From positions 59,150,001-59,214,000 of the forward strand of contig NW_024704743.1 in the NCBI RefSeq assembly GCF_018977255.1: DNA of 64,000 nt. The letters run 5' to 3'. This document shows, in pieces, positions 12,100 to 25,323 of this stretch (position 1 is the stretch's first letter; each line of letters starts with the position of its first letter). Both the position numbers and the translations under genes were made by a program. A model generated the notes under the pieces. That model worked only from the letters and a program-made list of their open reading frames with translations. It was not told where the DNA came from and made no database searches. This DNA comes from Callorhinchus milii (Eukaryota).

Positions 12100-14360
12100 C
12101 AAACAGCATTTTGTTGGTTATTAAAGTGTCAAGTACATCCGTATGTAAAACGTAAATTTTATAAGAGTTTCATGAAGCTGTTCAGAAAGAATGCAATGTC
12201 AAATTTCCAAAGTTAGCGACATCAAAGGTCTCCTGCGTGATCATTCAGTTGATGAAAGGATGCACAGACTCCAGATGCAAACTCCTTTGAAGTGGCTTTC
12301 AAACTGGTCAGGAGGTTCCCATCGCTAGTAAATTTTGGAAATATTGGATGGGAAAAATGCTTTGGGGCTGTTTTCAATAGGGAGAAGAGAAAGTCACTGT
12401 GATCTGTACTCTGATTTGAAACGAGTGGATTTCCATAAAAGTACAGAGCCTGAATCCTAGTCAGTTTTGTTTTTTCTATGACTTGTACTGAAAATCACTA
12501 TATTGAAAGAGCGCAAGAGTCTGCATTCGAGTCGAGTGAAGAGGAAATTTGATTCCAAGTAAAGCTGAAAAGGAGAAAGATGCACTCCTCAAATTTCATC
12601 CTTCCTTGTCAGAAGATTATTGAATGGCAAAAATAGCACCCTTCACGTTATTATGATTCTAACCCAGCATCAAACCATCCAGATCCCAATTCCAATCTGT
12701 TTGAAATATACTCATAAGAATGTAACTTTTCTTCCTCCCCCATCTATGTGTTTATTTTAAGTCAGTGTTTGAATCTGTTTACCACCTAAAATAGTCCTCC
12801 GTGTTCCCACTAAAATATTTTAAAGATCTTCCAAGTATTTTTAAGATCTTTGATTTACAGCATTGTTTTCTGAGACAAATCGAGTAAGATTGTATTGTGC
12901 CAGTGTATTCCATGGAGTTTTTTTTTGTGTGTTCCAAGGTGCCTACTACCTTCACATGCTCTTACCGTTTTGGGATGAAAAGAACTGAAGATCTTGCACT
13001 TACATGATTGATGTGGTGTTGAACTGAACCTGTGGATAGGTTAATTAACTCAGGAGTTTACTTTAATCACTTCTGCAACAGCTTAATCCGTGAGGAGTAG
13101 TCCGACACAGAGACTTGTGCTTTAATCCATCACAGCGGCAGATGTGTGCTTGTAAGCTGTGAAGTTTATAAACTGTGAAACAAAGGGTGGTGAACAGATT
13201 GAAAAGTGAAATTGCCCCATCAGAACAACACTGTATGATGTAGTGCAGATCCAGATCGATCTGTTTTCACAGCTATTTGTGTATGTGGAGATTTTCCTTG
13301 GAGAGTTTCCCAGAAATAATCTGTCTGGATGATTCATTCCTGTATACAGTATCAGAGTAATAGTTGCTCTGCCATTATATGCTGTGTATTGCATTTTCTA
13401 GAAACCAATTGCAAATTATCAATTTAAACCTGCATTTAATCTGGTGTCCGACAACAAATTACATTTGCATGGCGCCTTTCACGTCGGACGAACATCCCAA
13501 AGCGCTGGACAGTCAAGGATGTGCATAATCTATGACACTAAGTAGGATTCTTCCCATTGGAGCAAACAAATTGAGATTGCTAGACAGAGAGCTAATTGTG
13601 AAAAAGGCTTTCCGCTGGTGAGGGATTTTAGGACCAAACAGCATGATTTCCAGATTGTGACCAGGGGAAAAAGGGAGAGGTTTGGGAGAACTTCTCGCTG
13701 AGGGTCCTCAGAGGATGGAATTGGCAGAGGATGAATTACCATGAGTTACTAGAGCCAAGTTGATTTAAAACACTTGGCCTAGGACAAGCAGAGGAGGGGA
13801 ATTAAAGGACACAGGTACAGAGCAGGCAGTTGGCATTATGATGGATGGCTTCTTGGGGAAAACACCGATACAATGAGGACTCCAACTAAGTTGTTCATTT
13901 TTATGCTTCTAATTCTGCTGCTAGTGCAAAAACTGCCCTAACCAATCTTTTTTTCTTCCCCCCTACACTCATACACAACACTTTAGACCCTGCATTAAGA
14001 ATCAGTCGATAATATTGACTTCAACTTCCAAATAGCAACACCTGCTGGTAACTGGAAGTATATCCCTCTGACCCAGGGGAACACCACGATCAACTTCCAG
14101 GGGCGATGGAGTGGGGTCCCCACGGGTCAGTGTGATCCATTTCAAGTTACCGGCAGGAGTTTCTATTTGTGACTCAGCTGCTATTACTATCTTCGATTGT
14201 AAATCAGACCCCATTATAAATAACAAGCGAGTAGTGTTTTCCCGTTGTAATTGAACAGGTGGTCAGAGCCTCTCTGCTGGCATCCATTATTTTCCATGTT
14301 TACAAATAGAGCACAATGTAATATAATGCAGCTAACAAACTCTCTGTTCAGGTTTCCATC
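12100..14360 (-). pseudogene. Decayed leucine-rich-repeat gene, chondroadherin/CHADL-like, nested antisense in RPA3 intron 2
   Basis: Colinear minus-strand LRR motifs across frameshifts and stops: NLKWITL (14128-14148), SDGAI (~13210-13224), SCKC...ACEG (13007-12948), NTILLDLSQ (12870-12896), VLFLPFNNL (12613-12639), QLYLESNFL (12541-12567), LTRIQALYFYGNPL (12423-12464), DGNLLTSL (12300-12323). Confidence 0.6.
13450..13910. mobile_element. L2 tail (-) plus degenerate CR1 3' fragment (+), interrupting the LRR relic
   Basis: ACAACAAATTACATTTGCATGGCGCCTTTCACGTC tail; CR1-like 3' end ending ...TTTTATG. Confidence 0.55.
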
Positions 14361-14412
14361 TTTTAAATCCTTTCTGGTAATGAGTAGATGTGGGAAGAGA
14401 AACATCTGCTTT

Positions 14413-14550
14413 AAATAACCTTTGCATTTGATATAAAGCTTCATCAATATCCTTCCCAATATTTAACTGTATCGTGTTGTGACTATGTATTTGTCGGCAA
14501 ATTCGAGAGCAGCAATGTCTCACAAACAGACATGAAGTAAATGACTACAA
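14413..14550 (-). mobile_element. Degenerate SINE 3' half
   Basis: CTGTTTGTGAGACATTGCTG core and TATATCAAATGCAAAGGTTATTT tail on minus strand. Confidence 0.6.
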
Positions 14551-14946
14551 TGTTTTAGCTGTGGGATTGCTGGCCAAGAAACAACAACTTGTATTTATGT
14601 AGCGCCCTTCACAGAAAGTAGCGCCTCGAGACTCCAGCAGTACCCCAACATATTCTGGGATCCCCAACCCTTGGTTTTTTGTCAAACTGCAATAACCAGC
14701 CTTAATAGTTTCTGTAATTCAGTAAGAAGGATGCATTGCTCCAGGAAGAGAGTTTGCATTCCATGACAAACAGGAATTTCCAGGTGAAGATGGAATGAAA
14801 CTCTGTTTGATTTGGATATTCGCAATCATGGTGATTTTTTTTGTATGTGTTGGACACCCGGCAGACCCCAAAAAATATTTTAATGCCTTCAACCAATTGT
14901 AGAATCCATTTTCTCTAACTTTACTTGTGTTTGTACTGTTATGCAG

Positions 14947-15055
14947 CTGGATGAGGAATTGAGTGGTGTGGTTGAGGTGGTTGGAAAAGTCACAAATAAA
15001 GCCAGTATCATGGCTGTGTCCTACATTCCTTTCCGAGAAGATAAGAACAGTTTTG
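14947..15055 (+). CDS. RPA3: RPA3 coding exon 3
   Basis: CAG acceptor, [42 protein letters not shown] donor at 15056; phase 0/1. Confidence 0.95.
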
Positions 15056-15139
15056 GTAAGTACCATCATTTTTTGGAAGAGTAATTATTGCTCTGAACTC
15101 TGGTTCTAATTATCCAAATTGTCTCCTCCTCTGATTATT

Positions 15140-15630
15140 TATAATAATCCTTTTTTTGATATAGTGCCTTATCACATCATCAAAACGCCTCAAAGTGCCT
15201 CACTTTTTGCTAACTATGAAGTGTGGAGTAGTGCACACAGTAATATCCTACAAACAGCCATAAAGTGAATGACCAATTTGGCCAGAATACAAGAAGAAAC
15301 TTCTTGTACAGGTAAACGGGATCTCGGTTTAATGTCTCATCTGAAGGACAGAACCCCCAACCCCCTCCCCCTCCCAACAATGCAGCATATCCTCAGCACT
15401 GCATTGAACAGACAGGATATTGGATTAACATCTCATTTGAAGCACAGCAACTCCAACAATGCACCACACCCGCTGCACTGAGACTGAATTCAAAGTCCTG
15501 ACCTGGGGCTTGAACCGCCAACCTTCTGACTCAACACCAACAACAACAACTTGCATTTATATAGCGCCCTCCATGCTGGGTGGTGTCCCAGACTCAAAGG
15601 CGAGAATGCAACCAGCTGAGTCAGGCTGAT
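15140..15630 (-). mobile_element. Old Deu-domain SINE remnants
   Basis: GGTTTAATGTCTCATCTGAAGGAC and GGGGCTTGAACC..CAACCTTCTGACTC segments. Confidence 0.6.
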
Positions 15631-17746
15631 GCCTGTCTGGTATCCGTCAAATTTACTGGAACATGTTCAAGGTTCAAAAGTATCTGTGTGGTTCTAGACT
15701 GTATAGTATACAAATAATTACAATATTGATTAGAACTTGTACTGGAGCATTGACAGCCGTAGTACTTTTTGATCCAAGAGAATCTTATTTCAGTCACCTC
15801 TGAAATGAATACTAGTGGGGTTATAAATTTAGAAAGTTATTGTGGGGAGTTTTATGAGCACAGAACCTCAGTAATGCAGGTTAATCTCTTCAGATCTCGG
15901 TGCTGAAGCCTCAAGGAGAGCGGCCACTTAATGCTTGATTACTAGTGAACTCTTGGGGTTGCTGTCCATCTACACTTCAATGTCAGTCTGTAATCCATTA
16001 AATACTTTAGGTGAATGAACTGCATTGGAGATCCATGTGAAAGATTAGCTACTATCCCAGTGCTAAAGGTAATCTTTCCAGCATTCAGGATAAGAAAATA
16101 AGATGGCTTTTTGTGCTCACCTTAAGGTTGAGACATTAAAAAAAAGCCTGATTTTTTTTTATCACTAGTGTGTCTGCATTTTCATTGACCTACCACTTTC
16201 TCCTTGGTTCTGTAAGATAGGAAATTATATATGATTGCCTCTCTTTTATGCTAAGTAAATCCTCCACCAGTAAGTTTATTTTGGAAGCATAGTGATCCCA
16301 AACAAGATGACATTTAAGGTGTGAAACTTATTTTAAAAAAGTGTTACTGTTCTGTTTTTGATTATTATTATTTGTTATCGAAAATGAAGATGTTTTGTTC
16401 CAGTTATTAATAAAAATTAAACAGGGAGGACAATTGAACTTAACTGCTATTATCCCTAAATCCACTTTTTCAACGGATATCAATCTCACAAATTGACTCA
16501 GAATTAACTGCATATATTTAAATCATCTAGATTTCTGCATCAATATCAATGTGTTTTAGTCCTATGTTCGCAGTCTAAGGCTGCTGGCATTGGTCTCATA
16601 CTCATTACTCTAATACCTAGATTATTTGTCTCCTCTATCTTTTCTGCAGTGAAGAATAATTCAGCCACTTGCCTTTCTTCATTCCTTAGTCCCTTAAGTC
16701 CTGGGATCATCCTTATTTCTTTCCAATGCTCCTGTGTATTTATGACATTCGAAAAAAATCTGTGGTTCATACTGAATCAAATGTTGTAATATTCAAGAAC
16801 AAGTTACAATGCAATTTAGATTACAATGAAATCTGTTTGCCTAGACAAATCACAATTTCTGGAACACTTACAAAATGCAAATGTCATTCTTGTGCTATTT
16901 CTTTCTCTTTTCACAATGTAATCCAGTTGACATTTGGGTTTTCCGTTGCCATTTTCAAGGATTTTTGATTAACCGGCTTTTCCAGCTAATCAAAAACTTC
17001 ACTGCCCACATCCTCATCTGCACCAACTTTGTGTGCCCATCACCCCAGTTCTCATCAGGCTCCACTGACATTGTGGAAGAGGAAAAAAACAAACCCCTAA
17101 ATATTTCACCATATTATAAGAATGAATGCCTCCCCCACACCCCACTCATTTGCTCGGCGTCTAACCTCATATTTGTGAAGCTCTCCAAGATGCTATCCTA
17201 CGTGAAAGGTGCTATATAAATATAACTTGTGTTTGCTCCCCTAGACTGTCTTAACATTTTAACAATTAAAATTTAATAAGATGTCAGTAGTTCGTGTAAT
17301 TGAGTGCTTCTGAGTAATAAACCACTATAAAAATGTAAGTTCTCTTTTTAATAATCTACAACGGTTTCGACAATGCCAATAGAAGCTGCATTTAATTGTT
17401 GCCTTTAAATTCAGCGAGATGCTTGTTTTGTTTTTCGATTGATATGGTAGAGGAGGCTCACTTGCTCAAAATGGTAATGTGATTCCAAAATATATTATGA
17501 ATTGCACAACACTGACATTATTTTGTGGGGAATGCATTTAACACATTGTAATTTGGATTAATGGGTACATTTAAGCACCCCAAGACACTACCCTGAGTGA
17601 AAGGCACAATATAAATGCAAGTTGTTGTTAGAAATGTTATTTTTAAAGTTAGATCAGCAGAGTGCTTTGTATTTTGCAAATTTCATACAGGTATGAATAT
17701 TGTTTTAGGCTCTACTCTTTTTGACCTTTTCCCTCATCTTTGACAG

Positions 17747-17829
17747 ATCTTGGCCTTTACAATGAAGCTCTTAAAATCATACACGAGTTTTCCCAATACT
17801 ATCCATTTGGTGTGACAGAAAGCAATTGA
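17747..17829 (+). CDS. RPA3: RPA3 coding exon 4 (terminal)
   Basis: Polypyrimidine tract plus CAG, (D)[26 protein letters not shown]; spliced CDS 99+75+109+83=366 nt = 121 aa plus stop. Confidence 0.95.
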
Positions 17830-18046
17830 TTCCACTGATTATACTCATCATTGGCATGAAGAAGCTGCAGAATTGGAAGACCCCTCTACAACAGATACAG
17901 AAACAGTTTATCTCTGGAAAAGTTCAGAACTTATTTTTGCCATCAGTTTACTTTGTTAAAATACTGATCGGTTAACGTTGGAAGTAAAATTCAAACTAAA
18001 GTATTGCTATGGAATTACAATTTTCCCATTTTCTGAAATGCTACAA

Positions 18047-18247
18047 AATAAAGTACCAGAATTTGAGCAATCTAGCTTCTGAATTCATTGAACAGGCTGA
18101 GTTTAGCTCACTATTCCAGTAATCCGGTCATTTTTTAATCAAGATTGACGGCCTGGAATTACTTTCATGAAAGGAAAACATGGAGTGAAATTGTTATGTT
18201 TTGTTTTCTATCCTCTTAATGTACACTAGTTTGTGTTGCAAAATAAA
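18047..18247 (+). terminator. Candidate RPA3 polyadenylation signals
   Basis: AATAAA at 18047-18052 and 18242-18247 downstream of the stop codon. Confidence 0.5.
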
Positions 18248-19469
18248 ATGTCTATTATTTTCAAACTGGTATATGTACTATCATTATTTTAGCAACAGTA
18301 AATAATTGATCTTGCTAAACAGCCAACATAGCACATTGCCACTAAATCAGCTAGGGTTTTGGGTACTTGATTTGTTTTCTGCCGGACAAACACTATCCAC
18401 ATTCCTTTATTTGAGTTACAAAATTTTAACTTACCCTAATTTTCAGCTTTTTTTAAAAAACATCATCACTGTTATTGTGTACATTTGATAGAGGGTGAAG
18501 TTATTAATAATCTCATTTCATATTTTGTTTCCATCAGTTATCCTCCCTATTGTTTGTCTGAAACAAATAATTTTTTTGTAGAGTTCCAAATGCAAACCTT
18601 GCTAGTCCATCAATGCTGCACAGTTAACAAATTGTATTTACAATTAATTTAAAATGCTATCAGCAAACATGAGGAGCTAATGTAAACACAACAGATAATA
18701 AGCATCACATATCAAGTATTTTGGTATGTCACATTCGTTAGCTCTAAATATATAAGATTTATTTCCCTTGAATTAAATGCAATTATGCCAATAATACTTT
18801 CATTGTGGAAGTACATGATATAGATTCATGCTGACCTTGACTCTTAATTTTCACTCACAGTTGGGGCACCTACCCAGTGTCTCCTTGATGCCTCCAACAC
18901 ATCCAACAGAAAAATTGCGGATGTAAACTACTTTACTGGCACAGCATGTTCTTTCACATGGACGGCTCCACTGGGACAGGAGCTGTGTGATAGTGTGATC
19001 TATTGCTGATAGTGACAATCTTGCATTCTAAGAAAAGTTTGCACCTGAGATTTCTCTCTGTGAGTGCCAGAGATTAAATAGATTCCCAAATAATGACATT
19101 TAAACTTTAATAATCCTCTAATATTGCTCATTCCAAGCACACAAACTATTTTAAATGCACAAAATTTTATTTTATAGATAGATCTTTGTTACAAGTATAT
19201 TGCTTTTCTCAAATTCTTGGTAATGAAATCACAAAATGTGAAAACTGTGGAAACTTCAGTAACAGAAAAGCCAATTACACTAAAAAATATTGGTGCCAAT
19301 TCATCGCAACATGAATTTAAAACATAAGATGTGTTTTAAATTTGTGCCCACATCCGTGCCATTTACAGTATATTCTGTGAAGCGATTTGAGACGTCTAGA
19401 AGACGTGAAAAGCACTATATCAAATGCAAGGATTATTATTATTATCATCTGCTCTGACTTAACCCACCT

Positions 19470-20035
19470 CCACAACATTGCCCGGCTCCGCCGCTGCCGA
19501 AACTCTCATCCCTGCATTTATTACATCTAGGCTCGACTACGCCAACTCTCTGCTTGTCGTCCTTGCCAACTCTTCCAGAACTCTGCAGCTCGTGTCCTTT
19601 CCTGCACCAGGCTCTGTGGCCCCATCCTTGCCCAGCTCCACTGGCTCCTCATCCCCCAGAGGATAGAGTTCAAAATCCTCATCCTTGCCTTCAAAGCCCT
19701 CCACAGCCTTGTTCTTTCCTACCTCTGCAACCTGCAAACCACATATTGACCTATCCACTTCCTCCGATCGGCAGGCACCACGTCCCCTGCCTGGCCCTTC
19801 AGCCTCTCTGCCCCCTCTGGAACTCCATCCCACGTTCCCTTTGCTTTGCACCCTTCCTTGCCTCCTTCAAGGCATGTCTCGACCCTCCTCTTGACCATGC
19901 CTTCGACCACCCTCCTACCCTCCCTGCCCTCCTGGTCCCAACCCCTGCTCAGGTCCAAATCCCTGACTGTCCATCACCTTGGGACGCCCTCCCGACGTGA
20001 AAGGCGCTACACAAATCTAATTTGTTGTTGTTTTG
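19470..20035 (+). mobile_element. L2 3' fragment
   Basis: ETLIPAFITSRLDYANSLL; tail with (TTG)n. Confidence 0.85.
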
Positions 20036-20419
20036 AGCAACATCTTTAAATCTATAATTTTGTTCCTGTTAGCTTTACATACCTACAGTTGAATTTGTCC
20101 CCATTGTTTGGATGCTTTTATTTGTAATTATACAACATCCACTTCATTTCTAAGAAATCTTAATTGGGGAAGCACTTTGAGAGGTTTCTCAAAGTGCGAA
20201 AGTCACAATATCAATGCAAATTGTTGATTTCAATATGTTGTTTAAAGAAAGACTTTTCTATGTACAGAACATATTTGGTGGCAAATATCGGATTCTAGAC
20301 ACATTGTTTTGATACTTGCTGAAAAAAATATTTACACAATGTATTTTGACAGATCGCATGAAATATTAAAGCAGATGGATTCAACATGAAATGCATTGTA
20401 TTAAAATGTGTGTCTATTT

Positions 20420-20900
20420 CCAGCTAATCCCAAACTACCTTCTGCACACTCATCTGACCAGGTGCAGGCCCAGAACCCCAATTCTCACCAGGCTCCACTG
20501 CGTCCCTGGCTCCCAATGGATCAATTTCAAGGTCTTCATCTTCATCTATAAACCCCTTCACACCCTAGCGCTTTCCTATCCAATATTTTCACTACCCGAT
20601 TCCTCTGTTCACCCTCTCCATCAACTCACATTTGCTGCTCACTCCTCGCCTCCGCCACCACACCATTAGGGGCTGAACTTTCAGATCTGACACCCCAGCC
20701 CCTATCAGCTCTCTCTCCCTCCCTGTACCCTCCATCACGCCTCCTCTGTCTTTGAGTCCCACTTCAACTGAGCTCATGGTCACATCCCCATTCTACGCTC
20801 TGCATCCAACCCATAAAGCTCCAAGATGTTATTCTACATTTTTGTACATTCTTGTACATTCTACAAGATGTTGGACTCTATATAAATGCAAGTTGTTGAT
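20420..20900 (+). mobile_element. Old L2 3' fragment
   Basis: TPILTRLH..., INFKVFIFIYK; tail ATATAAATGCAAGTTGTTG. Confidence 0.6.
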
Positions 20901-22509
20901 TAGATCAGTTTGACATGCCTGACATTTTGCCACTTTATTTTGGTGCTATTTATTACCTATGCTTAACAAATCTTGTCCCTATGATTTATGACCACAATGG
21001 TATACATGGTATATTTAGAGCCACTGATATGCATCTTTACTATTACCAGTTAATTGAGCTAATGCAGAACTATGTGGAAGTGTAAAACGAGAACTTGGGA
21101 AAAAAGCTTCCCTTGATTCAGCATCTAGCATTATGTCTGAACTGCAATGTTATAATTATAGTAAATACAGTAATCCAAACCTGTAATATTGTAGTTTTTG
21201 AATGATGAGCTCATTTGAACTCCCTAAGAAGCCAGGAAAGAGCTCAGATCAGAACATCCTGCATATTTTTAGGAAAATTTAGGATGTAATTAGAACCTAC
21301 TGCTTTTTCAGAATCTTTTCATAATTTTGTCAATCCTATTGCTGATATGTGATGCCAAAGAAACTACAATTTCCTTATTGCTTTGCACTGAATGATCAAT
21401 TTCAGAAGAAAATGAACTGGTTAATAACGGAAGCTCGACAACGGGATCCTTTGGAAAATTAAAACATTTAATTTTTAAAAATTCTTAAGCTTTGCACACT
21501 TAAAAAAAAAATTGCTTAAAAAACAAGACCTGCTGATATCAAGGGAGATTTATTGACGTTAATGTAAAGGAGCTGGATCAGCATTGGCTTATACCATAAC
21601 CCAGATACTTCATTGAAACAGGAGTAGGCCATTCAGCCCCTCTAATAAAAACAGAAATCCCTGAGAGATACTCCCTATGCAGAGAGAAAATTAGTTAATG
21701 TTTCAGGTTGATAACCTTTTGTCGGAACACCCAAGCCTATTCCACCATTCTATAAGATCATAGCTGATTTCTACAGCAGTGCATTTGTTAATTCACTTCC
21801 CTTATTCAGTTCTTGGTTAAAGATATTCTTTGATCCAATTAAACAAAATTAATTAAAGTTGATCCCAATTCTGGGTGATTACACAGGGTGATTAAAATAG
21901 GATTAGTGGCAAATAAAATACTCTAGTATTGTGGAGCAGAAAAATCATTTGTGAGGCCACACTGAAAAAGTCAATTTACTAAATGTTTAAAATAGTTTTC
22001 TTCTTTCAGCTTTCGCTCTGCAGAGCAACCACAATATTTCCTGAAAGATAAGTGTTTATCAACGGTAGTGAATTAATCAGTTGATAGGCGTTATCCATAA
22101 TGTAGAGGCGAAGAATTGGTTCCCAGATGCAGCTGAGGAAAATTACATTTACTAAGATTTCTGACAGCTGCCTGCCATCTGACACTGAGCAATCAGTTGA
22201 ACTGCTCAATATATCACAAGGTAGCAATGCTGTGCCTAAGCAAATAACTTGGGGTGACAGTACGCAGAGGTGACAGCCAGCAACGCACTGCTGAGACTAA
22301 CATATCATGTTACAATAAGTAATTATTTTCATAAATGCTCAAATTTGAGTGATGCGTTTTGGAAACTGATATCGTTTTTAATAAAAAAAAACACTGGAAA
22401 TAGCAGGTCAATCAACATTCAAAGAGAACGATGTACATTTTATAATAAATGTTAAAAGCCCTTCTACAAAAAAAACAGTACGACACACGATATTATGGTT
22501 TCAGTTTTT

Positions 22510-23990
22510 CAGGATGGTAGTTTATCTCAAATCTGCTCCACCTCAATTGGCTATCGACTGTCAGACATCATGTCCTCAGTGAGCTTATTTCCTTCAACTA
22601 AATGTTGTCAAAATTGAAGCCACCGTTTGGCTTATAGCAGCACCTCTGGCTCTATCCACCTCCCTCGCTATTTACTGCAGCTCAGTCAAGCCACCATCTC
22701 AGGGTATGGATGACTCAGTTCTCTTTTAAGCTCTTGATCTGGTCCTTAATTAAGTCGCTTTTGTTCATCCAACCCAAGTCTCTACCTCAGCACCAACAGG
22801 GCCCAAACCCTTATCCACATCTTTTGCTGTAATTTTTCCAATATTCTTCTCAATCACCTTTCCAGCTGGATCCTTCAAAAGCTCATCTAGAATTCTGTAG
22901 CACCATTCTCTGCAAACCCATCACTGCATCCTCCCCAGGTTCGTGTTTACCTGTTCCCCAGCAAATTAACTTGAAGATTTTTGTTTGAACTTTGAAATGC
23001 TTCTACTGCCTGGCCTCACTACTACTTTGATCTGCAATCTTACTCCCCTACCCGCTTCCTGCATGATCTCGGGTCTGTTTCATATTCCCTGCCCCTGCAC
23101 CTTCCTCTGTGAAAGCAGCTGAACAAGTGCAAATTGTTTATAATTTAACTGTCAAAAATCTTTTATCAGATAGTCTGTCCTTATCGACAGATACTTTGTT
23201 TGATATGTGTCAGTACTTCAGAATTGGATAGAAATAACTTGCTTTTATATTGTGCCCTTCACACGGGGTAGGGTCCCAGAGCGCTTCACAGTGGCGAAGT
23301 CTGATCCGGTTATTTTTGGCCTTGAGAATGACTTGTGAATAGAAGGCGTTTTTTGCTTGAGGGAGCGGTGTTAAGTATGAAGATGCTACAGCTACAGCTG
23401 GCGGTGAACCGTGAGGCCGGTTTTGTGCCACCTGCGCTCAAGCAACCGGGTTTGGAATTTGAGGGCCTAGAGTTCACTGTTGTACCAGGACAAGCGGGTA
23501 AGCTTGGAGAAGGATCTGGGTCAGCTGGACAAGGGAATTGATGGTTGAGGAGAGGTGGTCGTTTAGCAGCTTGAAGGCTGCATTTGGATCACTGCAGGTG
23601 GAAGGCCAGAGGGAGAATGTCCAAGGATGACAGGGCGTTTGTGAGGGAATCGGGGGGGGGGGGGGGGGGAGCTTTTTTTCCATGGCTGAAAAAAGATAGC
23701 GGATGGCTTGGAGGAGGGGATGGGGATGCGGGAGAAGAATAAGGGGTCTGAGATGCCTTGTCCATGATGGACAGATCGGTGATGTCTAGGCCATGGGTGA
23801 TGACAAGGTCGATGGGGTGGCCATGGTTGTGGGTTGGGAAGTTTTGGTGGAGGGTGAGGTTTAGGGTGGAGAGGAGGGCAGTGAAGTCAGGAGATGGGTC
23901 AGGAGCAGTTGAGGTGAAGGTTGAAATCGGCTATTATGAACAGCCGCGTTGTGCAGTGGGACAGGGATGAGAGAGGAGATATCCGCGGGA
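22510..23990. mobile_element. Cluster of old L2 fragments (both strands)
   Basis: Degenerate L2 RT C-terminal motifs on + (22510-23110) and pyrimidine-rich APE-region remnants on - (23230-23990). Confidence 0.55.
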
Positions 23991-24102
23991 ATAGAAAAGA
24001 TTAGAAAAATTAACTGCACAAAACTAAGCAATTTACTTGGCCAGATTCTACTTCAGTAGAATGTAGACTGACTCTACTTGTATGTGATACAAATGCACAC
24101 TT

Positions 24103-25118
24103 TTTATTTACACAGAAAATAAAACACCTTTGGTTAAAGGCACCCATTTACCAACCCTTGCCCCCCTCTCCACCACACACACTTAAAGCAGTTATCAGAA
24201 ATGTTGATAAACAGAAAATGTAATGTTCACAAATCAAATCATGTGCAAGCTGGGTAACACTCTGCAGCTCCTTTTAAAGCAGATCACTGAATACTGCCTC
24301 CTACCTATTGCCAAATAACATGCTCTTCTAGGTTTCACTGTTGCTGCAGCTGGGCCATATCAAATATTATTAGTTTAATTGGTTTGATTAATCAGCTGCC
24401 GAAACAATTATTGCTTGAATGAGAGACAGGCTTTTCTTACGTCCATCAAGTGGTAATTAAAGGAAGTATTTTTACCGAATCCAGGACAACTATGGGCAAT
24501 ACTTCCCAAACATATTACAGGAGGGGAGATTAACGCAATCAGATGGTTTCGTATCAAGGCTATCTGTAACTTGTCTGAAGTATACACAAATCCCATTAAT
24601 AACATTTGAGATTGTGAGAAATCAGCAAAAGGTACTTCCCCTTTCAGCAAAGGCAAATTATAGATACCTCAGTCATCAGTCTCCTTCCCCAAGTCACATT
24701 ATATAGGCACAGCTTTCTTCTATATCAATTCTCATTTATTGGAATTGAAGACATTCAGATTAAAAAATATTGTTTAGGAGTCAATCTTAACAAGTGATTA
24801 CCTCAGAAAATAAAACCTCACTAGTATTTTTCACTGATTTATCACTGGTGCCTACAGCTAAAATCGCCTGTAAAGCTAGAGACAGTAAACAATATTAGTT
24901 GAATGCTGATGGCAGATTCAAGGACTGTTCAGTATCACCTAGTGCATATTCTGGATAATTTTCAGAATTTCAAGATGGTCTCAGGAATGTCTTCAAATTA
25001 ACTGGATCAGCCTTGAAACATGTCACACTAACAGACTAATTTCTGCTGCATCTCGATTATGTCAAGTACATCAAAACCATTCAGACATCAAATTGCTGAG
25101 CTGATGGAACAATTTATT
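24103..25118 (-). terminator. Candidate MIOS polyadenylation signals
   Basis: Minus-strand AATAAA at 25113-25118, 24735-24740 and 24103-24108; which is used is unknown. Confidence 0.4.
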
Positions 25119-25226
25119 TTCCCATTTCTTTGAAAGCTGCGGGTGACCTGTGTATGAGCAATAGATGTGAGCTTTGAGGAAAATAATTAGAAAGCAGTCT
25201 TTGTCTCCAAGGTTCTTCTCTCCAGT

Positions 25227-25323
25227 TTAGCTCTGGGATGTCTCTGCTGGGATTAGATTTCCTGTTGTGTCCAATTGCATACACTTACAGGTACATGCAG
25301 ACACCGGGCATTCATTGTGATCC
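25227..25323 (-). CDS. MIOS: MIOS coding exon 10 (terminal)
   Basis: (K)[31 protein letters not shown]; total spliced CDS 2637 nt = 878 aa plus stop. Confidence 0.95.

Noticed and set aside
13260..13320. TQIAVKT resembling a kinase VAVK motif
   Set aside because: No other kinase motifs nearby; neighbouring frames fit LRR better.
14413..14550. HCCSRICRQ...IQLNIGK looked like a CHADL N-terminal cysteine cap
   Set aside because: The DNA aligns to the SINE core and tail, so the match is spurious and was excluded from the LRR evidence.
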